In this document: positions 1-12,659 of the stretch, one piece after another | Layout: every line of letters starts with the position of its first letter | Position numbering within the stretch: the stretch's first letter is position 1 | Source: Scyliorhinus canicula | Taxonomy: Eukaryota | Assembly: GCF_902713615.1 (NCBI RefSeq) | Contig: NC_052161.1 | Location: 2,252,892 to 2,316,891, forward strand | DNA: 64,000 nt | Reading direction: 5' to 3' | The notes under the pieces: generated by a model | The model's input: only the letters and a program-made list of their open reading frames with translations | Databases searched by the model: none | Told to the model about the DNA's origin: nothing | Program-made: the position numbers and the translations under genes

Positions 1-118
1 CACTGGACTGCGTGCACGCACCGCGGGCTCACACTGCACTGGACGGCATGCACCACGGGCTCACTCTGCACTGGTCTGCGTGCACACACACTGGACAGAG
101 AAAGAGCCGCACACTCAC

Positions 119-265
119 CCTGCACTTGACTTGGTCTCCCACACTGTACAGTTTTTCTGGATGTTTCAGTGGAATGTCTGCTAGGTGTGTCCGAGGTACC
201 AGACCCCGAATGTGGTCGGTCAGTTTCACATGCATCCCATACTTCTCCAGAGAACTGACTTTACC
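119..265 (-). CDS. PDCD11: PDCD11/RRP5 internal exon (S1 repeat; GKVSSLEKYG...QVKCR); gene continues left of the window
   Basis: ttttcag acceptor, GTGAGT donor, 147 nt, phase 0-0; peptide resembles the vertebrate RRP5 S1 domain. Confidence 0.92.
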
Positions 266-744
266 CTGAAAAACAGAAACAATGGAAAAAAGAGTATTGG
301 CAAATCTGTCATCAGGGCCTCCAGTTAGATTCCACTTGATGCCCTGACGGCCTCCAGTCCCATATGCCCTGGAAGGGAGTGAGTGCGGCCAAATGGACAT
401 TAATTACCCACTGATGTGGACCTTTATTTGAAGGGCAATAGGAGTGACAAAATTCTCGTTTGGGGTCAGCAGATAGCACTGAATATGAAGGTGGAGTCGG
501 TGAGGATGAGCAGATATACTGAAGAACGTGGGCCAGAGTTTGCTGAATGCTGACTAAATCTCACTGGTGAATGATGAGGAAAGGGAATCCTGGTGAATTT
601 AATGTTTCCGGCCTGATCCAAAGGACAAAACGCCAATTCCCACCCGGTTATAGACTGACTAACTCAGCACAGATTGAGAAAGCAGGCAGGCGAAATTACA
701 AAGCTGAGCGGAAGGGGTCGGCATAGTGGAGACTTTTGTCGAGG

Positions 745-1110
745 TCAACTTGGGATGTAGTCACACTGACCTGATCTCCATTGTGTCCCAAGCTGCTGTG
801 GGAGGCGAGGGAGGGGATTGCAGGGGATCTGACCCAAATTTTGAATTCCTCTCTGTCTACCGGGGAGGTGCCAGAGGACTTGAGAACAGCTATTGTGGAA
901 TATTCTGAAGGAGAGAATCGATCTCAACTTGGAGAAGCAAGGTTTGATCAGGAATAGTCAGCATGGCTTTGCCAGAGGGAGGTCATACCTGACAAATATG
1001 ATTGAAATTTTTGAGGTGGTGACCAGGTGTATAGACGAGGGTAGGGCAGTTGATGTAGTTTACATGGATTTCAGCAAAGCCATTGTCAAGGTCCCACACA
1101 GGAGACTGAT
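745..1110 (+). mobile_element. CR1 LINE ORF2 fragment
   Basis: IRNSQHGF..GRS.LTN / AVDVVYMDFSKA RT motifs. Confidence 0.8.
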
Positions 1111-1300
1111 AAAAGGAAAGTGGAGGAATCAATTGGACCAGGAACAGCAATGGAGGAAGAAAGTTGTTATTCTACTAAATTACCCCTTAGTGGCAAAAGG
1201 TGTACAGGTTAGGTAGATTAAGTGGGTCAAGGTAGAGTGCTCTTTGAGGGTCAGTGTGTCGATGGGCCAAAAGGTCTACTTTACACTGTCGGGATTCTAT

Positions 1301-1603
1301 TTAATAATAATCTTTATTGTCACAAGTAGGTTTACATTAACACTGCAATGAAGTTACTGTGAAAAGCCCCTAGTCGCCACATTCCGGCACCTGTTCGGGT
1401 ACGCAGAGGGAGAATTCAAACTGTCCAAATTACCTAACAAGCACGTCTTTCGGGACTTGTGGGAGGAAACCGGAGCACCCAGAGGAAACCCACGCCGATA
1501 TGGGGAGAGCGTGCAGACTCCGCAGAGTGCCCAAGCGGGAATGAAACCTGGGACCCTGCCACAGTGAAGCAACAGTGCTAACCCCTGTGCTACCGTGCTG
1601 CCC
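1301..1603 (-). mobile_element. tRNA-derived V-SINE (HE1-like)
   Basis: A/B-box head, GGGTTTCCTC.GGGTGCTCCGGTTTCCTCCCAC core, TTA tail. Confidence 0.85.
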
Positions 1604-1923
1604 GTTCTCTGGTACTTCTGGGTTTGATGTCGCGGCAACAAGGTTGTCCTGGCAAAACCAAAATTACAAGCAGGACTGGAAAAGCATCAGGAAGAACAGA
1701 ACAAATATCAAATCACTAGGAAAGGATCAGGAGGTGAAAGGACTGAACAAACTGGAAGCCTGACTCGTTCAACAGGAGCTGCAACTGATGCCGAGGAAAG
1801 AGAGAAGATGTGGGTCACACTGATTTCACTCAATCTCCTGGAGAATCTGAGAGAGTTTCTGGGACACACGGATTGCTCTCAATTTTCTGGAGAATGCACG
1901 AGAGACTGTCTGCAAAGACCCAC

Positions 1924-1984
1924 CTCAATCAGCTGTCCTGGTTTGATGTCCTGGTACCTCAAAAATGGGGCATCAAGAATGCTC
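1924..1984 (-). CDS. PDCD11: PDCD11 exon (SILDAPFLRYQDIKPGQLIE)
   Basis: 61 nt, AG/GT flanks, phase 2-0 fits neighbouring exons. Confidence 0.9.
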
Positions 1985-2142
1985 CTGAAAATGAGAAAGT
2001 GAAAATGAAGGAAGGGGTGCGAGTGCTTCACATAAGCAAACATTGCGCCTTCAATCTCTGCGAGCTGCATGGCTTCCTTGTGAATTGAGTTAGTGCCACT
2101 TTGATTCAATCTCTTCTGAGCACCATCCCAAAGTATAAAATC

Positions 2143-3532
2143 AACCCCGTGCTGCACCTGCCCTGGGAGTGTTTGATGGGGACAGTGTAGAGGGAGCTTT
2201 ACTCTGTATCTAACCCCGTGCTGTACCTGTCCTGGGAGTGTTTGATGGGGACAGTGTAGAGGGAGCTTTACTCTGTATCTAACCCCGTGCTGTACCGTCC
2301 TGGGAGTGTTTGATGGTGACAGTGTAGAGGGAGCTTCACTCTGTATCTAACCCCGTGCTGTACCTGTCCTGGGAGTGTTTGATGGAGACAGTGTAGAGGG
2401 AGCTTCACTCTGTATCTAACCCCGTGCTGTACCTGTCCTGGGAGTGTTTGATGGAGACAGTGTAGAGGGAGCTTTACTCTGTATCTAACCCCGTGCTGTA
2501 CCTGTCCTGGGAGTGTTTGATGGGGACAGTGTAGAGGGAGCTTTACTCTGTATCTAACCCCGTGCTGTTCCTGTCCTGGGAGTGTTTGATGGGGACACTG
2601 TGGAGCAGGGGTGGGCAAGCTTTCCCGTGCAAGGGCCACATTCAGAAATTCACAATTTTAAAGGGCCGCATAGTATATTAAGTAAAATAATTACTTCACC
2701 TGGTTATGATTCTGGGTGTCTCATATAGAACATAGAACAGTACAGCACAGAACAGGCCCTTCGGCCCTCGTTGTTGTGCTGAGAATGATCACCCTACTCA
2801 AGTCAACGTATCCACCCTATACCAGTAAGTAACCCAACAGCCCCCCCCCCCCCCATTAACCTTAAAAAATAAATAATTTTTTTTAAAAAATGACTTGGTG
2901 GGCCGCATAAAGACCTTTGGCGGGCCGCATAAAGACCTTTGGCGGGCCGCATAAAGACCTTTGGCGGGCCGCATGCGGCCCCATGGCCGGAGTTTGCCCA
3001 CCCCTGCTGTAGAGAGAGCTTTACTCTGTATCTAACCCCACGCAGTACCTGTCCTGGGAGTGTTTGATGGGGTCAGTGCAGAGGAAGCTTTACTCTGTAT
3101 CTAACCCTGTGCTGTACCTGTCCTGGGAGTGTTTGATGGGGACAGTGCAGAGGGAGCTTTACTCTGTATCTAACCCCGTGCTGTACCTGTCCTGGGAGTG
3201 TTTGATGGGGACAGTGTAGAGGGACCTTTACTCTGTATCTAACCCTGTGCTGTACCTGTCCTGGGAGTGTTTGATGGGGACAGTGTAGAGGGAGCTTTAC
3301 TCTGTATCTAACCCCGTGCTGTACCTGTCCTGGGAGTGTTTGATGGGGACAGTGTAGAGGGAGATTACTCTGTATCTAACCCCGTGCTGTACCTGTCCTG
3401 GGAGTGTTTGATGGGGACAGTGTAGAGGGAGCTTTACTCTGTATCTAACCCCGTGCTGTACCTGTCCTGGGAGTGTTTGATGGGGACAGTGTGGAAGGAG
3501 CTTTACTCTGTGTCTAACCCCGTGCAGTACCT
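2143..3532 (+). repeat. 69-bp satellite array 1 (about 14 units plus MITE)
   Basis: ccccgtgctgtacctgtcctgggagtgtttgatggggacagtgtagagggagctttactctgtatctaa. Confidence 0.97.
2606..3006. mobile_element. hAT-type MITE, copy 1, inserted in the 69-bp satellite
   Basis: TIR CAGGGGTGGGCAA...TTGCCCACCCCTG; 8-bp TSD ctgtggag/ctgtagag. Confidence 0.88.
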
Positions 3533-3674
3533 GTTCCGTCTCTAACGCACAGTTCCGCAATAGATTGTTTCCTTTACATAGCACTGGCTGGCGTCTATGC
3601 CACCTGTTACACAATTTAACATATTATCTTAGTATTATGGAATAATTGCAGTCATAAACAAACAGCTCACTCAC

Positions 3675-3799
3675 TTTTTCAGTGACACCAGAGCCATCTG
3701 TTCCATGGGGCTTTGATCAATGACCCTGCACCTGTGGTTGGTGCCTTCCTTAAACACGGTGGGGTTAACAGTTAGCTTCGTGTCCGACAGGTGAAATTT
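3675..3799 (-). CDS. PDCD11: PDCD11 exon (KFHLSDTK...HRCRVIDQSPMEQMALVSLK); not in ORF track
   Basis: catttcag acceptor, GTGAGT donor, 125 nt, phase 0-2. Confidence 0.88.
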
Positions 3800-3829
3800 C
3801 TGAAATGATAGGAGCAGTTGTTACCAATC

Positions 3830-4945
3830 AATAATTGTGTGCACAATCCGCTTTACCACCTTACCCTGGATCCCATGTGCATTTACCTTCAATATCAGTC
3901 TCCCATGTGGGATCCTGTCAAAGGCTTTGCGGAAATCCATATAAACTATATCAACGGCACTACCCTCATCTATACACTTGGTTACATGCTCAAAAATATC
4001 AATCGTATTAATTAGACACGAGCTCCCTCTGACAAAGCCATGCTGACTATTCCTGATCAAACCTTGCCTCTCCAAATGGAGATTGATTCTCTCCTTCAGA
4101 AATTTCTCCTGGTCTGTAGTTCCCTGGCTTATCTCTACAACACGACTTCAATAGTTGGACCACATTTACGGTTCTCCGGTCCTTTGGCACCTCACGTGGC
4201 CGGAGGAATTAAAAATTTGGATCAGAGCCCCTGCAATCTCCTCCCTCACTTCCCACAGCAACCTGGGACACAATTAGTCTGAATCTGGAGATTTGTCCAC
4301 TTTTAAGTGCGCCAACGCCTCCAATACCTTGTCACTTCCTGTGCCATTTTGCTCAAGAACCTCCCAGTCTTTCCCAGAGTTCCATATCCACCTCCTCACT
4401 CTCTTGGGTGGAGACAGATATGAAGTATTCATTCAACACTCTACCAATGTCCTCTGGCTCCACCCACAGATTGCCCCCATGGTCCCTAAATGACCCAACT
4501 CTTCCCCTGGATATCCTCTTCCCATTGATATACTTAGAAATGGGATTTCCCTACTTTTACCAGCCAGAGCTTTCTCATATCTTTGCTCTCCAATTTCTTC
4601 AGCTCCATCCTGCACTTCACTAATGCCTAAAGGTCTCTCTTTTCCTTCTCATTATATCCTGAATGTCTCTGGTCATCCATGGTTCTCTGGGTTTGTTACT
4701 CCTTCCTATTATTCTCGAGGGAACATGTTGGGTCTGTATCCTCCCCATTTCCTTTTTGAACACCCTCCACTGCTCTTCTGTAGATTTCCCCACAGTAACC
4801 TTTTCCTGTTTACCTTGGCCAGATCCTGCTTTATTTTACTAAAATCCACTCTCCCCCAATGCAAAACCTTTTTTTGCAACTTGTCTATTTCTTTGTCCAT
4901 AGCAAACTTAAATTGCACTATGTTGTGGTCACTGTCACCAAAATG
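3830..4945 (-). mobile_element. Decayed CR1 ORF2 fragment
   Basis: SQHGF, YMDF.KAFD and SDHN motifs across broken frames. Confidence 0.8.
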
Positions 4946-4981
4946 AACCCCCCCCCCAAAAAAAACATCACGCACCTCTCC

Positions 4982-5200
4982 GAGCAGCACAGTGATTAGC
5001 ACTGCTACCTCACGGCACCGAGGTTCCAGGTTTGATCCCAGGTCTGGGTCACTTCCCGTGTGGAATTTGCACATTCTCCCGGTGTCTGCGTGGGTCTCGC
5101 CCCTCACAACCCAAAGATGTGCAGGGTAGGTGAATTGGCCACGCTAAATTGTCTCGTAATTGTAAAAAATGAATTGGTTCCTCTAAATTTATTTAAGAAA
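4982..5200 (+). mobile_element. V-SINE, short-tail type
   Basis: same head and core. Confidence 0.75.
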
Positions 5201-5404
5201 AACCCCCACCTGTCTGGCTTGATTCTGCAGTTATGTCCAGCACTGCATCATCCCTGTTGAACCCTCTATATATTGATCCCAAATATTCTCCTATATACAT
5301 TTAAAGAGCTTCAGTCTCAGCCCTTAACATTATGATTATCCCGATTAATGGTGGGCAAGTCTCTTTTTTTCTTACCTTAGATTGAAGTGTATGACACCAA
5401 ACAC

Positions 5405-5711
5405 AGAACATAGAGTGCAGAAGGAGGCCATTCGGCCCATCGAGTCTGCAAGACACACTTCAGCCCTCACTTCCACCCTATCCCCACAACCCAATAACCC
5501 CATCTAACCTTTTTTTTGGTCACTAATGGCAATTTATCATGGCCAATCCACCTAACCTGCACGTCTTTGGACTGTGGGAGGAAACCGGAGCACCGGGAGG
5601 AAACCCACGCAGACACAGGGAGAATGTGCAGATTCCGCACAGTGACCCAGCGGGGAATCAAAGCTGGGACCCTGGCGCTGTGAAGCCACAGTGCGAGCCA
5701 CCGTGCTGCCC
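5405..5711 (-). mobile_element. V-SINE with CR1-like tail
   Basis: head/core plus gatgggccgaatggcctcc tail. Confidence 0.8.
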
Positions 5712-5834
5712 TAAAGCAATAGTGTTACACCGCAGATACAGAAACTGTTGCACACAGACACTTTTCACTGTACCTTGGTACACGTGACAATAAACATAAA
5801 CACATGTACAGATGAGCAGAGGTGAATCACTCAC

Positions 5835-6041
5835 ACGTGAATAGGCAAAACTCCCATCTCCCAGCTGAAAGATAACGCCAACTGCTTTGTGGTAGCGCAG
5901 CACTGAGCACTCCTCCAGAACCTCACCAATCCCATGTATGCCTGGCTGCTGGAACACAGCCCCAGGCTGCAGGAAGAGGGGCCGCAGTGTCAGGTGCACA
6001 GACTTTGCATCCGGCTGCACATACAGAACACAGGCTCTCAC
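5835..6041 (-). CDS. PDCD11: PDCD11 exon (VRACVLYVQP...SFAYSR)
   Basis: 207 nt, ttccag/GTGAGT, phase 0-0. Confidence 0.92.
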
Positions 6042-6524
6042 CTGGAAGAGAAACACAATCTTGTGATTTATTGCAGAGAGAACAGCAACAACACAGACAG
6101 GAAACATGGAAAAGCAGCAAATCCTAAATAAAATCCAATACACAATAGTTTTTTGCGTTTGGGCTGTGTGTGGGGGCTTCTCCCTCCGTGACGGGTCTCT
6201 TGTTTATAACGGAATTAACCCTCCCCCCCCGCCGATCCCGGGTTATGTACGGGAGCTGGGGGTGTCCCAGTGAGACCCCTCTTGTTCTGTTTGTCCACGT
6301 TTCCGAAGAGAGGATGTCATTGATGGTGTTGGGCAGGACTGGAGGTGGTGTTACCAAGTTTAACAAGACACAACCAAGAGACCAGCTGTTTATTAGAATC
6401 TGTCTCTCTTTATTGCCCAGATGTAAAACATGTTAAACACTTAATGAGGCTCATTTCAGCTCCTTCCGCCCAGTTGTTGGGCACCCTGTGTGTTTCTGCG
6501 TTACAGCTGCTTTATCAAACTAAC

Positions 6525-6632
6525 CTTCTGACCCTTGCGGTATGTCCCTACTTTCTGTGGGTCCAGATGCATGAAATCGACAGAACCAGTCAAACCGGAC
6601 AGGAACTGGAGAACCAGGCCATGTAAAGTCAC
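6525..6632 (-). CDS. PDCD11: PDCD11 exon (VTLHGLVLQFLSGLTGSVDFMHLDPQKVGTYRKGQK); not in ORF track
   Basis: ttttacag/GTTAGT, 108 nt, phase 0-0, VDFMHLDP motif as in RRP5. Confidence 0.9.
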
Positions 6633-6744
6633 CTGTAAAATAAAATTATAATGAGGGTCTAGTCATAAATCAACCATCTCGATAGGAGTTCAAATCAAAT
6701 CAGTGCACCTAAAGATGACTGCATAGGACACACACACACAGATT

Positions 6745-8752
6745 GAGAGGGAGCGAGGCAGGCAGAGAGGGAGCGAGGCAGGCAGAGAGGGAGCGAGGCA
6801 GGCAGAGACAGAGGGGGAGCGAGGCAGGCAGAGACAGAGAGGGAGCGAGGCAGGCAGAGACTGAAAGGGAGCGAGGCAGGCAGAGACAGAGAGAGCGACA
6901 GGCAGAGACAGAGAGGGAGCGAGGCAGGCAGAGACAGAGAGCGAGCGACAGGCAGAGACAGAGAGGGAGCGAGGCAGGCAGAGACAGAGAGCGAGCGACA
7001 GGCAGAGACAGAGAGGGAGCGAGGCAGGCAGAGACAGAGAGGGAGCGAGGCAGGCAGAGACAGAGAGGGAGCGAGCGACAGGCAGAGACAGAGAGGGAGC
7101 GACAGGCAGAGACAGAGAGAGCGACAGGCAGAGACAGAGAGGGAGCGACAGGCAGAGACAGAGAGGGAGCGACAGGCAGAGACAGAGAGAGCGACAGGCA
7201 GAGACAGAGAGAGCGACAGGCAGACAGAGGGAGCGACAGGCAGACAGAGGGAGCGACAGGCAGAGACAGAGAGAGCGACAGGCAGAGACAGAGAGAGCGA
7301 CAGGCAGAGACAGAGAGAGCGACAGGCAGAGACAGAGAGAGCGACAGGCAGAGACAGAGAGAGCGACAGGCAGAGACAGAGAGAGCGACAGGCAGAGACA
7401 GAGAGAGCGACAGGCAGAGACAGAGAGAGCGACAGGCAGAGACAGAGAGAGCAACAGGCAGAGACAGAGAGAGCGACAGGCAGAGACAGAGAGAGCGACA
7501 GGCAGAGACAGAGAGAGCGACAGGCAGAGACAGAGAGAGCGACAGGCAGAGACAGAGAGAGCGACAGGCAGAGACAGAGAGCGACAGGCAGAGACAGAGA
7601 GAGCGACAGGCAGAGACAGAGAGAGCGACAGGCAGAGACAGAGAGAGCGACAGGCAGAGACAGAGAGAGCGACAGGCAGAGACAGAGAGAGCGACAGGCA
7701 GAGACAGAGAGAGCGACAGGCAGAGACAGAGAGAGCGACAGGCAGAGACAGAGAGAGCGACAGGCAGAGACAGAGAGAGCGACAGGCAGAGACAGAGAGA
7801 GCGACAGGCAGAGACAGAGAGAGCGACAGGCAGAGACAGAGAGAGCGACAGGCAGAGACAGAGAGAGCGACAGGCAGAGACAGAGAGAGCGACAGGCAGA
7901 GACAGAGAGAGCGACAGGCAGAGACAGAGAGAGCGACAGGCAGAGACAGAGAGAGCGACAGGCAGAGACAGAGAGAGCGACAGGCAGAGACAGAGAGAGC
8001 GACAGGCAGAGACAGAGAGAGCGACAGGCAGAGACAGAGAGAGCGACAGGCAGAGACAGAGAGAGCGACAGGCAGAGACAGAGAGAGCGACAGGCAGAGA
8101 CAGAGAGAGCGACAGGCAGAGACAGAGAGAGCGACAGGCAGAGACAGAGAGAGCGACAGGCAGAGACAGAGAGAGCGACAGGCAGAGACAGAGAGAGCGA
8201 CAGGCAGAGACAGAGAGAGCGACAGGCAGAGACAGAGAGAGCGACAGGCAGAGACAGAGAGAGCGACAGGCAGAGACAGAGAGAGCGACAGGCAGAGACA
8301 GAGAGAGCGACAGGCAGAGACAGAGAGAGCGACAGGCAGAGACAGAGAGAGCGACAGGCAGAGACAGAGAGCGACAGGCAGAGACAGAGAGCGACAGGCA
8401 GAGACAGAGAGCGACAGGCAGAGACAGAGAGCGACAGGCAGAGACAGAGAGCGACAGGCAGAGACAGAGAGCGACAGGCAGAGACAGAGAGCGACAGGCA
8501 GAGACAGAGAGCGACAGGCAGAGACAGAGAGCGACAGGCAGAGACAGAGAGCGACAGGCAGAGACAGAGAGCGACAGGCAGACAGAGAGAGCGACAGGCA
8601 GAGACAGAGCGACAGGCAGAGACAGAGAGAGCGACAGGCAGAGACAGAGAGAGCGACAGGCAGAGACAGAGAGAGCGACAGGCAGAGACAGAGGGAGCGA
8701 CAGGCAGAGACAGAGAGAGCGACAGGCAGAGACAGAGAGAGCGACAGGCAGA
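6745..8752. repeat. 20-22-bp purine-rich minisatellite (gagacagagagagcgacaggca)n
   Basis: direct tandem repeat. Confidence 0.97.
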
Positions 8753-9269
8753 TTGAAAGAGCAAGTTAGAGAGACACACACACAGTGAGGGAGGCGCGCA
8801 CACTTTTTCAATGAGTGAACAGGTTCACTATACAATGTTATCAGTGATCACTTGCAGGTGCCTTCTGCCCCTCCAACCAAAGATTTGAGCTGCAAAGTCT
8901 TTCTAGGACATGAAACGTAAACGCTGTTGGTCCACCTCCACAGATGCTGAGTTTTTGCAGCATTTTCTATTATTTGAGGGAGTGTGTGAGGTGCCTGCAC
9001 CACAACTATTATGAAAGTTGGGCAGCCATTTCACTGAATCAGACAAACTTTGGTGAAGGTGGTTGTCTTTTGGTTCATCAGGTTTGATCTGTGGATCCCA
9101 CAGTCCTGGGGCCTTCCGTCCTCCCCTTGAACTCCAGCACCAACAGTGAGATTCAGTCTCTCATCACCAACCTGTAAAAACAGTCTTTGCCCTTTCACCC
9201 TCCCTTCACTTCGATAATCTTTAACCTTCACTGCTGCATTAATACAAGGAAAGTCTTTAATCATCACTA

Positions 9270-9646
9270 TACCATAACACCGCTGGTATTGTCCCTCTAT
9301 CAGTGGGCCATAACACCGCTGGTATTGTCCCTCTATCAGTGGGCCATAACACCGCTGGTATTGTCCCTCTATCAGTGGGCACCATAACACCGCTGGTATT
9401 GTCCCACTATCAGTGGGCACCATAACACCGCTGGTATTGTCCCACTATCAGTGGGCCATAACACCGCTGGTATTGTCCCTCTATCAGTGGGCACCATAAC
9501 ACCGCTGGTATTGTCCCACTATCAGTGGGCACCATAACACCGCTGGTATTGTCCCACTATCAGTGGGCACCATAACACCGCTGGTATTGTCCCACTATCA
9601 GTGGGCACCATAACACCGCTGGTATTGTCCCTCTATCAGTGGGCAC
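9270..9646. repeat. 36-38-bp minisatellite, about 10 units
   Basis: accataacaccgctggtattgtcccactatcagtgggc. Confidence 0.95.
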
Positions 9647-10320
9647 TCTTTCCAAAGCTTCAATATCCTGAAAGATGCAGTAAGTGCTCTGACTGTGATC
9701 GAACATATATAGATGAATAATTATCCAATAATTATCCCCATTTATCTTTAATGGTTCCTTTATTAAACTGTAGGATGGGAAATCTCACGTGTCAAAAGGA
9801 GAACTCTTGAATGGCGCAAATGTGAAATTAAAAGCAAAAAATACTGGGAGCAGAGAGATCAGACACTCAATCTTTGCTACTTGATCAAAATGCCAGGCGA
9901 GATAGGAACCAACTGGTTCGGCCTGAGGGGTTGATGCAAGGTTACAACTCATTTTTATGACGTTTCTTGAACACCATGTGGATATATAAAGGTCTGTGCT
10001 GGTGTTTGTGTTGGCCTTTCCCGTTCCTATCAACAAATCTTACTAATCCTTCCCCTGATGGGTTTATTCCCCATGAATATATCTATACTGTTCACCTCAT
10101 CCACTCCCTGGGTTAGCAAATTGTACATTTTCCCACTCTGAGTAACAGAATTCCTCCTGAATTGACATTTAGATGACCGTGACATTTGGTTCCATCCCAA
10201 GTGGAAATATCTTCTCTACATCATTCTTATCAAGCCCCCAGATCTCCATTAGCTCCGTCCCCAGGCTTCATCTCAGTCAGCTCAGTCGCTGGGGAATGGG
10301 AGACAACACACAGTCTGCAC

Positions 10321-10502
10321 CTTCTGAACGTCCGCCCTAATCACCAGCCCAGGGAGCAGGTTGCAAAGGCTCCATTTCTGATCTTCAGCTGCTATTGCTG
10401 CACCAACGTCAGCCGGCTGGATGGAGAGCTGGACAATCCGTCCATCATTCTTCACCGATTCCAGGAGGAAGGTTAGGTACTGACCAACACGGAGAGGCAA
10501 TC
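10321..10502 (-). CDS. PDCD11: PDCD11 exon (LPLRVGQYL...LLPGLVIRADVQK)
   Basis: 182 nt, phase 1-0, tttag/GTGCAG. Confidence 0.9.
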
Positions 10503-10596
10503 CTAAATAGGAGCAAACAGACCACAGCTGCAGTTACAAGATAAATACAGTGAATATCACAGCAAGACAGCCAGCAGAGAGAAGGTCAAAACGCAG

Positions 10597-10922
10597 GGCA
10601 ACACGGTAGCATGGTAGTTAGCACAATTGCTTCACAGCTCCAGGGTCCCAGGTTCGATTCCGGCTTGGGTCACTGTCTGTGCGGAGTCTGCACGGGTTTC
10701 CTCCGGGTGCTCCGGTTTCCTCCCACAGTCCAAAGATGTGCAGGTTAGGTGGATTGGCCTTGATAAATTGCACTTAGTGTCCAAAATTGCCCTTAGTGTT
10801 GGGTGGGGTTACTGGGTTATGGGGATAAGGTGGAGGTGTTGACCTCGGGTAGGGTGCTCTTTCCAAGAGCCGGTGTAGACTCGATGGGCCGAGTAGCCTC
10901 CTTCTGCACTGTAAATTCTATG
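10597..10922 (+). mobile_element. V-SINE with CR1-like tail
   Basis: head/core plus tail. Confidence 0.85.
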
Positions 10923-11708
10923 AAAACTGCACCTCACCTGCGGCCCTCAAAGAGGGCAGAAAAAAAGCAAAAAGGGGACAGAGAGAGAGAGAGAGAAAGG
11001 AAGAGGATACTGAGAAAGAATGAGAAAGAGAGAAGCACTAATATACATGAAGAGTATTTTCCAATTCCAAACTAAATCCTCAGCTTTGGTTAGGCAGCCA
11101 ATGAGTTGGAAAGCTTGCGTTGAGCAATGCAGCCGCACAGGAATAAGCAAATTCCAGAAAAATTATCCGAGGACAGGCGACTGGGCAGTCCACAGCTCCC
11201 AACACCTGGATGCTAGACCTGGAGCGAGGGGAGACTCGATCAGGAATATTAAATCCTGAACAGCATTGACAAGGTGGATGCGGGAAGGACGTTTCCTGGT
11301 GTGGGCGAGTCCAGAACTAGGAGGCACTGTTTTAAATGACGGGTCCACATTTAGGACATTCTCGGAGGTATTGGTGACTTTGGAACTGTCAGCCTCAGAA
11401 TGTGGTGGAGGCCGGTGACTGGGGAGGGGTTGAAATTTTAAAGATGGAAGTAGATAGATTCTCATTCGGCAGAAAAATCTGTGATTATCGGGGGTTGACG
11501 GAATGTAGAATTGGAAATACTATCAGGTGAATGGCAGAGCCGCCTCGAGGGGCCGAATGGTCTCCTGCTCCTATTCTGCATGTTCATATATTCACGGTTC
11601 AGAAATAGAGATACAGTTTGCCATCCGTTCCTTTCTGCTCCATGGCTGACTGTGCTGCTGACTGAGAGTATGACAGTGAGGATTACAGTATTACCGTGTG
11701 GGACTTAC

Positions 11709-11832
11709 CTCGATTTCTCCTCTTGATGTATTCCTGGGCTTTCTCTTGCGAGAGGAAAGCTTTTGTGGCCTTGACTCCAATATCGACCAGATACCCGTGG
11801 TCCTCAACACTGGACACACAGCCAGAGAGTAG
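11709..11832 (-). CDS. PDCD11: PDCD11 exon ([20 protein letters not shown]...)
   Basis: 124 nt, ctgcag/GTAAGT, EDHGY motif of RRP5 S1 repeat. Confidence 0.93.
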
Positions 11833-12659
11833 CTGCAGGTACAGGGGGAGATAGAGGAGAGGAGCACTCAGTACACAATACCAGAGGCCACATTCAGGGG
11901 AATAACAAACGGAACAATTGAAACAAACCAAAACAGATTCTGAATATTTGTCTCTCTTTCCTTCATCCTTAGTATTGAGTGGCACTGGAGTAACACCCAG
12001 GCCACAGATAATCCCCAGCCGCCACTCCCTGGCCTTCATAAGAAAAGGGATGTTAAATCTGTCCCACCCCTCCAGCTCCAGCCGTTTTTTTAAACTTAAA
12101 TAGTTTCAGGGTCACCAGAATATCCTCCAGCTTTATTGAGGGAACCATAAGATTTGAGAGAGGTCTGTCAACATTTCATGGAGAGAAATCCTAAAGGGTT
12201 CCCTCCAGCTCCACCTTCAGGAATTAAAGATTCTCAGGCTGGATAGAGGGGAAAAGCTGGTGGGATCCGTTTCCTGGAGCGAGCTCCAGCAGAGGTGAAG
12301 CAAAATGAATCCTTCCTGGCTCTGCAGAACATTCCAGAACAGTCAGCACCAATCAGCATCGAGTATCAGCAAAAGCCTGACAATTGAGCCAGCTCGCTGA
12401 CCACCAGCCAAGTCCATCAGCTATGCTATCACTGATTGCCCTTGAATCTGCTGAGCCATAATATGAACAGCTCTTTGCAACCTGCCTTGCCCGAGAGCAC
12501 AAGTCAATCCTCAGTTTACTAGCCACTAAAATTAAAGCTGAACTGCATCTTAAAGCATAGGGCCCATTAATTGTCCACGCACAAAAATTGTAATAAAACA
12601 GAAATTCCAAACGGAAAACAACAAAGAGACAAACAGGGATTAACAGGACGATCCTTACA

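Noticed and set aside
2143-2280. Ribozyme motif in the 69-bp satellite unit
   Set aside because: No CUGANGA/GAAA core on either strand.
6690-8835. 680-708 aa ORFs on both strands
   Set aside because: Translation of a stop-free minisatellite inside a PDCD11 intron.
9270-9646. CRISPR-like 36-38-bp repeats
   Set aside because: Head-to-tail units with no unique spacers, no cas genes, eukaryotic context.
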